From assembly GCA_023205875.1 (NCBI GenBank), contig CP060755.1, forward strand, positions 1,240,001-1,304,000: a stretch of 64,000 nucleotides of DNA, written 5' to 3'. Both the position numbers and the translations under genes were made by a program. Numbering within the stretch: the stretch's first letter is position 1; every line of letters starts with the position of its first letter. Origin of the DNA: Chloropicon primus. Lineage: Eukaryota. The notes below the pieces were generated by a model, which saw only the letters and a list, made by a program, of their open reading frames with translations, did no database searches and had not been told where the DNA came from. Positions 24,901 through 34,523 of this stretch are shown here, one piece after another.

Positions 24901-25424
24901 AGCTGGACAATCAGTATCCGTGGTGTGGAGGCCAGCAATATCTGGACGCGGACCGCGTCCGTAGCCGTTTGAGCGAAGCTCTTCACCAGACTCTCGCAGT
25001 AAGAGTGGTCGGCGGACCGCAGCAGCGCGTTCGCTTCCCCGAGAACGCTCAGAACCCCGGAGTAGTACTCCATAACGTCCACGAGGCAATAGTACCACGG
25101 CTGCAAGCTGTCCAGCATTCCCTCCACGTTGTCCAGAACCCTCTCCAAGTTGTTCTTGTCCACCTTGCTCAGATTGATCTCCTTGGGGTGCTCCGGAAAC
25201 TTTTTGATCAGAATTTCGCTCAGCTTGGGGAAGTCCGTCGCGAGGTAGTCCTGCATCGTGTACAACTCATACAGCTTGCAAAGGAGAGACTCTGCTGCGT
25301 CTTGCAGAATGACCATCCTCTCTATGAATATCGCAGAGCTCCCGCTCACCGACGAGGTCAGGGGGTTCGACACCTCCGCCTCATTCTCCGAGGCCTCCGG
25401 TACCGTGCCCAGCAAGTTCGCCAT
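21930..25424 (-). CDS. NAP1: NAP1/NCKAP1 subunit of the SCAR/WAVE regulatory complex
   Basis: About 1165 aa. ERMVIL..AESLLCKLY, LIKKFPEHP, PWYYCLVDV, LPIFRD, ALALARSEVIW, FS.NEMKAFLKVFG.YG and terminal ILERHFP follow NCKAP1/plant NAP1 motifs. Confidence 0.8.
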   Translation of the reverse strand: MANLLGTVPEASENEAEVSNPLTSSVSGSSAIFIERMVILQDAAESLLCKLYELYTMQDYLATDFPKLSEILIKKFPEHPKEINLSKVDKNNLERVLDNVEGMLDSLQPWYYCLVDVMEYYSGVLSVLGEANALLRSADHSYCESLVKSFAQTATDAVRVQILLASTPRILIVQLYALAYFLDYRSKPISGFDSHEKPHEHDTLLVFLMRFDSVIPCLQQDFADYQLVVEKGIKNIFGPYCALSSSTDMLAGQEIFTSETKDSYSIGPLAGLSHQQICENLVRVEEYRDWTLWLSIACPMILTDDRVLDFLRIILNDTMLLPIFRDINLWIHAEILVHSYPKMKQILKQRKQPRQGHKTNLRSMVVGSFSQACADTAPKHVIRREFVLQLLTKCEMSLSYKSNSGFREANQCMAALALARSEVIWHMHHWRENVPQGLPTVLKLPHEEPLLKKCPPTHILKIIEAMKGLKDKLLSQEVEVVPEIVAQAKEKAAKLYNMLEKFDSGDFSVTAKSIRSVLEVGFPKEGEEGNLTAMRISWLRYLTLYPIVKLQAIDSLSTEKYGLPLLAEIQDLVNGTFLMDKLPRQVAKVNNMKVVYYFIDKFNDILEESILSNLDIDELLQSVLEVHGSFMNNNHARCHVIVDDDVAKPVQGLLDSISLQVKNILLQIEEEGYGTYEGGTDIVRVASVKGKAKSGKRKSIKQSSIFEILDKKIASPSLLGKYKMLLGLVRVLSDCKNFELSRYCIKPKGYLYAALKSALESFLARTVGTSEPYPDPSALFLKVSKFVNFLQSFQSATTVNIQRLVRDVIYQEIPSRTKFRMPILAPDSDRTSTTISEKYAAWVVFSVVHQKDSVYSSKLRTFSKGSFSAGKEAVHFSANEMKAFLKVFGLYGTLAFWNEIERSIADSLSTIHKELTSNQTFIAEVIFATSQRGELRSLTELEAKSFLLEATINAARTLGRCINFLDMLSHASHLAFGKNLSGLQDSLVHALETNAVEVLDRNLEFQQAHLLSYALGRRVEGCNPVVASIFQNMSISSKSFDLVEQLFASFLSHTCWKSIQYHPESGTLDQDMFSISLAFRHLSYVIGHCTPGVANDPDRQSVSERFEAFSDTAAPLVFGDEDAAGPKLLFLEHMLDDLYFTQSILERHFPSILIKSAKQKFLQA

Positions 25425-25566
25425 CTCGTCTTCTACACGGTCCTGCACCCAAACCGGTCGCACTTCCTCCCACCTTTTTTTGACTCACCTTTGGGAAGCA
25501 AATACTTTGAAATCATATGGCTGATCTCTCTCAGTCTCAGCGTCGTCGTCGGGAGGAGATTATGAG

Positions 25567-28500
25567 ATGCTAAGAGCGGCCGCGAGGTTGAGTCGAAGGC
25601 TAGAAGGAAGGACGGGAGCGCTCGGAGGGAGCAGAAGGGTAGAGGCGAGGAAGGCGACGACGAGGATGGGTCGCGGGTTTGGCAGAGGGCGAGGTGGAGG
25701 AGGGAGAGGCGGGGGGAGAGGCGGAGGGAGGGGAGGGGGAGGGGGGCAGCGTTGGTGGGATCCCGAGTGGAGGAGCCAGAGGCTGGCGGAGATAAGGGCG
25801 AACGGCGGCGGTGGGAAGCCGAGGCAGGTTCTCGACCTGGACGCGATGTTCAACAGGCTGAGAACCTTCTCCATGCAGCAGGGGGGGGAGGAGGAGGTTC
25901 AGATAAAGGAGAACTACGGGAGGGACGGGGCGGACCATATCCATGAGATGGCGAGGCAGCTGGGGATATACAGCAAGAGCTACGGCAAGGGAACGAACAG
26001 CGTGGTCGTCGTGAGCAGGGTCCCTCTGCCGAACTACAGGCCGGAGTTCGACCGCATAAACTTGGAGTTTGAGCTCACTCTCTCCGAGAGGCAGCAGAAC
26101 TGCGTGCTGGACGCTCTGCACGCCACCTCGGGTCTGTCGCAGAAGCACGGCCAGCAGATGCTCGCCGGCCGGAGGCAGAACAAGAGCAACGGCTCTGGCT
26201 TCAAGGGGAGGTCTGCTGGCAGGGGCGACAGCGAGGACTTCATCGAGAGCGAGAACAAGAGGCTCAAGCTTGTCCAGGAGGAGCAGCTGGCCTCGGACCG
26301 GGTGAAGAAGATGATATCCTTCCGCAAGAAGCTCCCTGCCTTTTCGAAGAAGGAGGAGTTGCTCCAGCAGATCAGGGAGAACCAAGTCCTGGTCATCTCG
26401 GGAGAGACTGGGTGCGGTAAGACGACGCAGGTGCCCCAGTTCATCCTGGAGGAAGCCATCCGAGAGAACATGGGGTACCACTGCAACATCATCTGCACCC
26501 AGCCGAGGAGGATTTCCGCGATATCGGTCTCCGAGCGCGTGGCTCAGGAAAGGGGCGAAAACATCGGATCCAGCGTTGGTTACCAGATACGCTTGGACGC
26601 CAGGAGGAGCAACGACACCAAGCTCTTGTTTTGCACTACGGGAGTCCTTCTCAGGAGACTGGTTCGGGAGCCCCTCCTCGAGGGAGTGAGTCACATCATT
26701 GTGGATGAGATCCACGAGCGCGGCATGAACGAGGACTTTCTGCTGATTATCCTCAAAGACTTGCTGCCGAGGCGACCGGATCTGAGGATCATCCTGATGA
26801 GTGCGACGCTGAACGCGGAGTCCTTCTCTCAGTACTTTGGCGGGGCAAACGTCATGCACATCCCGGGATTCACGTTCCCAGTCGAGCAGATTTTCCTGGA
26901 GGACATTCTCGAGAAGAGCAGGTACCAGGTCCAGTCCATGCAAAGCGGCGGGGGCGGCGGCGGCGGCTACCGTGGGAACAGGTACAAGAAGAAGAAGATG
27001 GAGGAGGACGACCGCAAAGCTGTTTACAGCCCCGAGAGGTTCGAGAACTACAGCTACCCGACTCAGGACTCTCTTCAGGCGTGGGCCGAGAACTCGGACA
27101 AGCTTGATTTGGACCTCATCGAGTCGGTCATCGAGTACATATGCCTGAACGAGGCTGAGGGAGCCGTCCTCGTCTTCCTGACGGGCTGGGACGACATCTC
27201 CAAGTTGAACGATCAGCTCCAAGCCAACCGGATCTTGGGCGACAAGAGCAAGTACAGGATCGTGCCCTTGCACGGGTCGATGCCGACGGTGAATCAGCAG
27301 AAGATCTTCGTTTCCCCGCCAACGGGGGTGAGGAAAGTCGTGCTGTCCACGAACATCGCCGAGACGTCCATCACCATCGACGACATCGTTTACGTGGTGG
27401 ACTGCGGAAAGGCCAAGGAGAAGACCTACGACGCGGTGAACAAGCTCTCCTGCCTGCTGCCCACGTGGGTCTCGAGGGCCTCCGTGAGGCAAAGGAAGGG
27501 TCGTGCGGGTAGGGTGAGGCCAGGCAAATGCTACCACGTCTATACGAGCGAGTTGTACGAGTGCCAGATGGCCCAGTACCAGCTGCCAGAGATTCTGCGC
27601 ACTCCCTTGGAGGAGCTCTGCCTCCAGATCAAGAGCTTGCAGCTCGGGAGGATCGAGACATTCCTGGGCAAGGCGCTGGAGCCCCCAGATTTGCTGTCCA
27701 TCCACAACGCGGTGAACCTGCTGAACACGATCGGGGCCCTGACCGAGGCCGAGGAGCTCACCCCCCTGGGCGAGCACCTCGCTGCGCTGCCCGTGGACCC
27801 GAAGATCGGAAAGATGATCATCATGGGCGCGATCTTCGGGTGCTTGGACCCCATCCTGACGATCGCCGGCGGCCTCTCGTACCGCGACCCCTTCGTGATG
27901 CCCCTCGACAAGAAGGAGCTCGTGGACGAGCTGAAGAGGGAGTTTGCGTCGGGCACCTCGAGCGACCACATCGCCATCCTCAACGCGTACACGGAGTGGC
28001 AGAAGGCTCGAAGCCACGGGCACGGCAGGGACTTCTGCTGGCGCAACTTCCTGTCCGAGAACACGCTGGAGATGATCCAGGACATGAGGTTCCAGTTCCT
28101 GGACGTCTTGGAGGAGGCCGGCTTCCTGAGCGCGGAGCTTGGCTCGGGCAAGTCCAAGGACGCCGCCGCCCCCTTCCGAAAGTCCAAACACGCGGCCCTG
28201 AGGTCCCTGAGCAAGCACTCTTACGAGCTGGAGCTCCTCAAGGCGATCATCTGCGCGGGGACCTTCCCGAACGTGGTCACCATCAACCAGGGAAAGCGGT
28301 TCGCCAAGTTCAAGACCAGGGAGGACGGCAAGGTCGACCTCCACCCGTCCTCCGTCAACGCCAAGCAGAACTACTTTGAGGAGGACTGGATCGTGTACAG
28401 CGACAAGGTCAAGTCCTCAGGAATCTTCATCAGGGCGTCCACCATGGTCTCCCACTTCGCCCTCATCCTGTTCGGCGGGGTGATCGCGGACGTGGACTCG

Positions 28501-28803
28501 AACGAGTTCGGGCGGAAGAAGTTCACCATGCTGGGCGACTACATCGAGTTCTCCGCGTCGCCCCAGGTCGTCTCCCTCATCAAGGAGCTCAGGGACAGGC
28601 TCGAGATCCTCCTGCAGCTCAAGCTGCAGAACCCCGAGCTGGACCTCGTGTCCGAGGGCGGCGCCCTCGTGCAGGCCGTCCTCATCCTCCTGGAGAGCGA
28701 CAACAACTCCAGGAGCAGGGACGATTACCGGGCGTCCCAAAACTCGAGGCCGGGGGGGGACTACAACAGGAACACCAGGGGCAGGCAGTTCAGGAGGAGG
28801 TAG
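25567..28803 (+). CDS. DHX36: DExH RNA helicase, DHX36/DExH1 type, with RGG box and R3H-like N-terminus
   Basis: GETGCGKTTQ, DEIH, MSAT, TNIAETSITI, QRKGRAGR and HA2 region. QRWWDPEWR and VVSRVPLPNYR as in plant DExH1. Confidence 0.88.
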   Translation: MLRAAARLSRRLEGRTGALGGSRRVEARKATTRMGRGFGRGRGGGGRGGGRGGGRGGGGGQRWWDPEWRSQRLAEIRANGGGGKPRQVLDLDAMFNRLRTFSMQQGGEEEVQIKENYGRDGADHIHEMARQLGIYSKSYGKGTNSVVVVSRVPLPNYRPEFDRINLEFELTLSERQQNCVLDALHATSGLSQKHGQQMLAGRRQNKSNGSGFKGRSAGRGDSEDFIESENKRLKLVQEEQLASDRVKKMISFRKKLPAFSKKEELLQQIRENQVLVISGETGCGKTTQVPQFILEEAIRENMGYHCNIICTQPRRISAISVSERVAQERGENIGSSVGYQIRLDARRSNDTKLLFCTTGVLLRRLVREPLLEGVSHIIVDEIHERGMNEDFLLIILKDLLPRRPDLRIILMSATLNAESFSQYFGGANVMHIPGFTFPVEQIFLEDILEKSRYQVQSMQSGGGGGGGYRGNRYKKKKMEEDDRKAVYSPERFENYSYPTQDSLQAWAENSDKLDLDLIESVIEYICLNEAEGAVLVFLTGWDDISKLNDQLQANRILGDKSKYRIVPLHGSMPTVNQQKIFVSPPTGVRKVVLSTNIAETSITIDDIVYVVDCGKAKEKTYDAVNKLSCLLPTWVSRASVRQRKGRAGRVRPGKCYHVYTSELYECQMAQYQLPEILRTPLEELCLQIKSLQLGRIETFLGKALEPPDLLSIHNAVNLLNTIGALTEAEELTPLGEHLAALPVDPKIGKMIIMGAIFGCLDPILTIAGGLSYRDPFVMPLDKKELVDELKREFASGTSSDHIAILNAYTEWQKARSHGHGRDFCWRNFLSENTLEMIQDMRFQFLDVLEEAGFLSAELGSGKSKDAAAPFRKSKHAALRSLSKHSYELELLKAIICAGTFPNVVTINQGKRFAKFKTREDGKVDLHPSSVNAKQNYFEEDWIVYSDKVKSSGIFIRASTMVSHFALILFGGVIADVDSNEFGRKKFTMLGDYIEFSASPQVVSLIKELRDRLEILLQLKLQNPELDLVSEGGALVQAVLILLESDNNSRSRDDYRASQNSRPGGDYNRNTRGRQFRRR

Positions 28804-29120
28804 TACTAGGCTTCCCGTCCAGCAGCGAGACAGAGAAGGGGAGGATTGGATTGGATTGATTGAGGACGAGATCCTTGCAAAAGCAAGATCGGTTTCGGGG
28901 AGCCTGGATTGCGTTGGGTTCCGATAAAAAATCCTGTTCCTTTTTGTATATAACGTCTCCTCGTTTTTGTGGAAATTTCCCCAAAATGGAGTTTTCTACT
29001 CTCTCCAAGATAAGAGAAGAGGGGAAAGACGGGTCCAACGGCCAACGGGCTTTTTTCAAACTGTAGCGAGGCTGGGCGACGAGGCGTGACGACGAGGACG
29101 ACGACGGCGAAGGGAAGCGA

Positions 29121-29122
<2 letters not shown>

Positions 29123-29165
<43 letters not shown>
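29123..29165. repeat. (GA)n microsatellite directly upstream of the SepF start codon
   Basis: Directly visible. Confidence 0.9.
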
Positions 29166-29166
<1 letters not shown>

Positions 29167-29747
29167 TGAACGCAGTGGCAGTGGCAGGGGGAGCGTTGAG
29201 GTGCGGCGCGGCGCGTCCGCGGAGGGTGACGACGAGGTGGGGGAGCCTCGTGCAGTGTGGGATAACATCCGCGACATCTCGTCAGGGGGCCGCGAGGCAC
29301 GCCTCGTCGTCGTCGCCGTCGCCCGCGGCGTGGTCTCGGGGCGGGAGGGGTGGGAGTCTCGTGGCCGCGTCCTCGGAGAGGGACCCCCTGTTCGGGAACG
29401 AGGGGGCGCAGTACCCGGACCCTTCGAGGGACTTTGCCATCTTCTGGCCGACGTGCTTCCGCGAGGCCGCGACTTCCGTGAACTCCCTGCAGCAGGGCCA
29501 CGTAGTCGTCGTGAACGTCGGGGGGATTCCGAACCTCGAGGACCAGCAGAGGGCGGTGGACTTCATCGCGGGGGCCTGCTACGCGCTGGAGGGCCAGCAA
29601 GACGTGCTCGCGGAGAGCATCTTCATCTTCTTCCCGAGGCTGGTGGGAGATTTCGAGGACAAGGGGTCGGCACTGAAGCACTCGCAAGCAGCGCGGGACG
29701 CGCTCGTGTCCCTCGCTCGCTCGGAGATAAAGGGTTCTCTCGCTTGA
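29166..29747 (+). CDS. sepF: SepF-family FtsZ-tethering protein with a predicted plastid transit peptide
   Basis: Core P.CF.EA...LQQGHVVVVN...QQRAVDFIAGACYALEGQQDVLAESIFIFFP matches the cyanobacterial SepF pattern (AQRAVDFVAG..YAIDG...VGESIFLF.P). The N-terminal ~70 aa are A/R/S-rich. Confidence 0.85.
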
Positions 29748-29913
29748 AAAGCATTCGTGTACTACTTAATAAAATCTGGTGTGTGTTTCTTTTGCTTTGG
29801 GGCCGCGAGCCCCCCCCCCACGCCGAGTGTTCCCGAGAGAGAGGGAGGGGAGGTATGGCCGCCCCCAGCTCCGCGGGGTCGCTCTTTCCGCTGGAACGCC
29901 GTCCGCTGCCCCG

Positions 29914-30901
29914 TCACGCGAACGGATCAACTTCGACGATTTGATCGTACTCGTCGAGTCGGTCGCTCGGAAGCAAGTCCCTGGCAAGATCAGATCGGTC
30001 GACCAGTGATCGTCGTCAGACACGGGTGCGAAGAACTTTTGAGAATCACTCACCTTAGGGCAACAATGTCGAAGCCGGGCTGGGGAGAGTGGATCTCCCT
30101 CCGCCAGTCCTGCGCCGAGAATTCCGTTCTCGTCAGAGTCCTCCTGAACTCCCCGAAAGCATCCACGACGTCCGACGGGGGTCCCCTTGCGATCGTCACC
30201 CAGTGGGTTCCGAGGGGCTGCAGGGAGAACGACCAGTCGTGCCTCGCCTTGCCGTCCACGTGGACCTCAGCGACGTGAGTGAACGGCAAGCGCTCCGGCG
30301 AAGCGTCCTGGATGAAAAACTCGCAGCGCTGCAGATCGAAACCTATCCCGTCGCCCCTGGCTTTCGTGAACGCCTCCTTGCAGCTCCAGCTCCGCCTGAA
30401 GGCGTCCTCCTGGGCCCCCTCCTCGCCAAGGCACTTGATGTTGCTGAACTCGGCCGCCGTGAAGGAGGACTTGAAGTTCCTGAAGACCTGCTCGAGGCTG
30501 AAGACGCCGTTCTTGCGGGACTGGCCCGGCGCCGCGACGTCGACCCCAACCACGCACACGGGATCGGAGGCCAGAACCACGTAGTCCCCCTCGTGGCTCA
30601 CATTGAAGTTGAAGTTGGGCCTGTCGGCAGGCCTGTCGACGGGGTTGGCGACGAAGGGCTTCCTGCCCTTGGTCCTCTTGATGCGAACGTCTTCGTACCT
30701 CAAGCGAAGGCACTCCTCGGCGCACTTCCGCTGAAGCAGTCGGCTCGCCAATGCCCGCTGCTTGTCGGCGAAGAACTTGAACCTAAGCACGCTCTCGGCC
30801 TCCTCCTTGCTGATGCAACTCAACAGAAACTGGAACTCCGCCCCCTTCTCCTCCCCCTCGGGTCTCCAGCTCGACCGGTTGAAAGCCCAACGCAGCGTCA
30901 T
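29914..30901 (-). CDS. AASDHPPT: Sfp/AASDHPPT-type 4'-phosphopantetheinyl transferase (exons 30901-30054, 29980-29914)
   Basis: RALASRLL, GRKPF, FNFNVSHEGDYV, VGVDV, WSCKEAFTKARG.G. Confidence 0.9.
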
Positions 30902-31057
30902 GGCCTCTACCAAAGCGCTCCCTCACTGGTACCCCGAACCAGCTACCATCCCCGTCCCGAACCAGGCGAGGCCTTCCCTTCCTCCCTCGAGGAGCCGAGC
31001 GTTTCACTCGCGCTAGCCTAGCTCTTGACGTTTCGTTCCGTTCTGTGGAAGGAGAGG

Positions 31058-31525
31058 ATGGCGACGACGACGACGCTGCGAGCGGGTGAGGGCGTGCGGA
31101 AGCTGGCGGAGGGGGACTACGGGAAGGGGTACACGGAGCTCCTTTCGAAGCTGACGACTGTGGGAGACGTCTCGGAGGAGGACTTCCGTGCGCAACTCCA
31201 TTTTCTCGAGACCGAGAGGGGAGGGGATTACTGTATCTTGGTAGTGGAGGACGAGGGCAAGTCCAGGATCATGGGGACGGGAACCCTGCTGGTGGAGCAC
31301 AAGTTCATCCACGCGTGCGGGAGTGTGGGGCACATCGAGGACATCGTGGTGCTGCCGGAGGCGAGAGGCCAGGGCCTGGGCCACAGGGTCGTCGCCGCCC
31401 TGATCAAGGAAGCGGGGGAGAGGGGGTGCTACAAGGTCATCCTGGACTGTGCCGAGAAGAACGTGGGCTTCTACGAGAAGGTGGGGATGGAGCGCAAGGA
31501 GGTGCAGATGGTCAAGTACTTGTGA
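31058..31525 (+). CDS. GNA1: Glucosamine-6-phosphate N-acetyltransferase
   Basis: LLVEHKFIH..GSVGHIEDIVV, RGQGLG, CYKVILDC, FYEK.G. Confidence 0.93.
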   Translation: MATTTTLRAGEGVRKLAEGDYGKGYTELLSKLTTVGDVSEEDFRAQLHFLETERGGDYCILVVEDEGKSRIMGTGTLLVEHKFIHACGSVGHIEDIVVLPEARGQGLGHRVVAALIKEAGERGCYKVILDCAEKNVGFYEKVGMERKEVQMVKYL

Positions 31526-31618
31526 CGGTCAGCAAAAAATATGGTGTTACACTTGGCTCGGGCTCGCTTGCTCGGTAATAGTATTACGTTACGGAAGAAG
31601 AAACGAAAAAGTTCCCAC

Positions 31619-33046
31619 TCAACTGGCTTTCATAAGTCCGTAGCTCTCCTCGTGCTCCTTATTGTGGTAGCCGCAGAGGCTGCTGTGGCCGATCTCAAAG
31701 CCCATGAACTCGTAGCCCAAGGGCTTGACGAGACTCAGGAAAGAGTCCGTGGGGCAGCAAAGGTGGTTCGGTGAGATGAGCTTGAGGGCCGCGACGCCCA
31801 AACTGGCCCCGGGAGGATACCGGCTCCAAGTCCTTCGCTTCTTGATTTTCTGTTGTCAGGGAGGAAAAGCGAGAAATGCCCGAGGCGTCAGCGGCGTGCG
31901 GGAGCTTGGGGCGAACGCGACCGAGGGGGAGGAGTCTTACCACTTCGTCCGGGTGGTTCTGAATCATCCACGAGACGTAGCTCGCGTACTCCGAAAACCC
32001 GAACCCTATGTATTCCGGATCGATGCTTCTGAGGATGTTCCAGGGCCAGCTATCTCTCGCTCCGCCTTGCTCGAACTGCTGCAAGAGCTCCTCCATGTAC
32101 CGCTTGCTCGCGGAGAGCGAGTGGGTCACGTACGAAGTGCCGTCCGGCGCGATTTCCAGCCTGCGGGCGGCGAAGGAGTTGAAAAGCACGTCAGCAACAC
32201 ACACAGGTCGTCCGAGGAGAAGGAAGGCGCGCGGCCAAGGATCTTGGAGGGTCAGTTGCTCGACTCACGTTCGATTCGTAAGGTTCTCGTAATTCAGCTC
32301 GTATCCCTTGTGTATGTGTATTTTCCCTCCCACATTCACCAGGGCCTTGGGGGTGGCCTCCGCCGTGAACGCCTCGATGCTTTTCATGAGGATCATGTCC
32401 AGGTCCCAGATCAAGAAGTTTTCCGTGAGCCTGTCTCCCAGATACCTCGCGACCCCGAGCTTGACGAACTGAAAGGAGGGGCCAGGGCAGAGAAAGGGAA
32501 GTTAGTCGTGATTTCAGTCCCCCCTTTGGGCACGGCTGGTTTTCTCACCTGTTGCAGGTACCACCCAGAGAGCTTCTTCCCCGATTTTTTTATGTAGTCC
32601 GTGTAAACGCTCCCGAAGGTCGCCACCAGGAAGTCCTCGACCTTCTTCTTCGACAAGTCTGGAACGACTTCACCGTCAGTGTAGCACAGCACGTTGTCCG
32701 CCATCCTCCTGAAGAGCTCGCACTTGCTCTCCGTGGGCGTGAACACGTGGATGTACCGCGGCTTTATGAACTGGTTCAACTTCTCTATGGAAAACTCGGT
32801 CACGCACGTGGGCTTCACGGCGATCCCGACCACGTCCATCGGTTCCCTTCCCGTCGTCAGTGTTATGTCCCTGCCCGCTTCGCCGCGCGAGAAGCTGAAC
32901 CAGAGGGACCTGCAATACCACCAAGCCGCCAGGAGGGTCAGGAGGTACATCACCATCGTCGTGGCACCCTTTCTCCTGTACTTGCTCTCCTGCCATGGCC
33001 TCCCTCCCCTCTTCTTGCCGTACGACGACGAGTGAACCACCACCAT
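31619..33046 (-). CDS. Type II membrane glycosyltransferase-like protein (DUF6492/GT-A-like), multi-exon
   Basis: N-terminal TM segment. SGWYLQQ|FVKL, FLIWDLDMIL (DxD), GFSEY..Y.SW. Several GT-AG introns. Confidence 0.65.
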
Positions 33047-33074
33047 ACTCCTTCTCTACTTTCTTTTCTAAATT

Positions 33075-33078
<4 letters not shown>

Positions 33079-33128
<50 letters not shown>
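33079..33128. repeat. (AC)n microsatellite
   Basis: Directly visible. Confidence 0.95.
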
Positions 33129-33131
<3 letters not shown>

Positions 33132-33320
33132 ATCCAAAAAGTTCAAAACGAAACAAACGCTCGTGGTGTGCCGAACACGAGACCACTACCGTCGCACGTC
33201 CGCCATCCCGACAAGCGTGAAGACCGCCCAGTCCACGAGCCCTTGAACCCAAAGGTGTTCGGCACCACCTGTCGTATTTCTTGAAGTTTGAAGGGGGGAA
33301 GAGGAGAGGAGAAGATAAGG

Positions 33321-34523
33321 ATGAGGACTTCAAGGATGGGGAGTGGGAGGGGAGTGGGGAGGGGTTACGGGGGGGTGCAAGCGTCGTCATTGGGGTCGTC
33401 GGTCCAAGCGAGTGCGGTGAAGAGGAGGCCTCTGCTCTTCGGTGGGACGGCTGGTTTGATGGGTTGCGCGTCGTCATCGGGGTCGTCGGGCCAAGTGAGC
33501 CTCGCTGCAGTCGAGAAGAACTCTGTGCCGAGGGCAGAGGTGTGCAAGGGCCTCGAGATATCGCGAGTCGTGAAGGGGTGCTGGCAGCTTTCCGGGGGGC
33601 ACCACGGAGATCGCGCTTCGGACCGAACCATAGGAAAGTTTGCGGTAGATGACTTCCAGTCTTTTGTTGACGCCGGCATAACAACGTTCGACACAGCAGA
33701 CATCTATGGCCCGAGCGAGGAATTGATTGGGAAGTACTTGGACTCGAGGGGCGGATCCGAAGGCCTCCAGGTGTTTACCAAGTTTTGCTGCTTCGGTGCT
33801 GACATGAACGCCATCACCGACAAGATGGTTGAGAAGCGGATCAAGGCGTCGAGAATGAAGCTCAAGGTGGAGAACCTCGACTTGGTTCAACTCTATTGGC
33901 ACGATTACACCAAGAAAAATTACGTGGACGCCATGAGATCGCTCTACGACAACGGCACGGTCAAGGCCGTCGCTTGCACGAACATGGACACGAAGAGGCT
34001 GAGCGAGATGGTGGACGCAAGCGTGCCTCCGGTTTTGAACCAAGTCCAGTTTTCCCTCCTGGACCGCCGACCAGAAAACGGGATGACGGACTTTTGCTCG
34101 AAGCACGATATCAAGCTCCTTCCCTACGGCGTGCTCGCGGGAGGGCTCATCTCTGAGAATTACCTCGGTGTTCCCGCCTCGGAGGTGAAGTTTGACACCT
34201 ACTCAAAGCAGAAGTATGCGAGCGTACTCAACCAACGTGGGGGTTGGAATTGGTTCCAGGACCTCCTCGGAGTTTTGAACGAGGTAGCCACGAGTAAGAA
34301 CACGACCATCGCCAACGTTGCGAGCGCTTGGGTTCTGAACCGGCCCCAGGTTGTGGGCATCCTGATCGGAGCGCGAAATGCGAGCCATGTTGCCGATAAC
34401 CAAGAAGCGTCGCGCCTGCAACTGAATCAGTCCGACCTCGACAACATTGCGGGGGTTCTTGACAAGGGGTTCTTGGCGACAGGGGATTGTTATGACTGGG
34501 AGAGGGGCACTGGGCCGTTCTAA
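33321..34523 (+). CDS. Aldo-keto reductase (RSP5-like subfamily) with an organellar-type N-terminal extension
   Basis: KGCWQLSGGH, FDTADIYGPSE, LDLVQLYW, NQVQFSLLDRRP, LLPYGVLAGG. Confidence 0.85.
   Translation: MRTSRMGSGRGVGRGYGGVQASSLGSSVQASAVKRRPLLFGGTAGLMGCASSSGSSGQVSLAAVEKNSVPRAEVCKGLEISRVVKGCWQLSGGHHGDRASDRTIGKFAVDDFQSFVDAGITTFDTADIYGPSEELIGKYLDSRGGSEGLQVFTKFCCFGADMNAITDKMVEKRIKASRMKLKVENLDLVQLYWHDYTKKNYVDAMRSLYDNGTVKAVACTNMDTKRLSEMVDASVPPVLNQVQFSLLDRRPENGMTDFCSKHDIKLLPYGVLAGGLISENYLGVPASEVKFDTYSKQKYASVLNQRGGWNWFQDLLGVLNEVATSKNTTIANVASAWVLNRPQVVGILIGARNASHVADNQEASRLQLNQSDLDNIAGVLDKGFLATGDCYDWERGTGPF

Noticed and set aside
25600..28344. 914-aa antisense ORF, and similar ones at 10495-11967, 22332-24503, 37871-39517, 40572-43046 and 59659-61065
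   Set aside because: These are shadow ORFs opposite well-supported genes. Strong GC3 bias removes antisense stop codons, and the translations show no recognisable domains.
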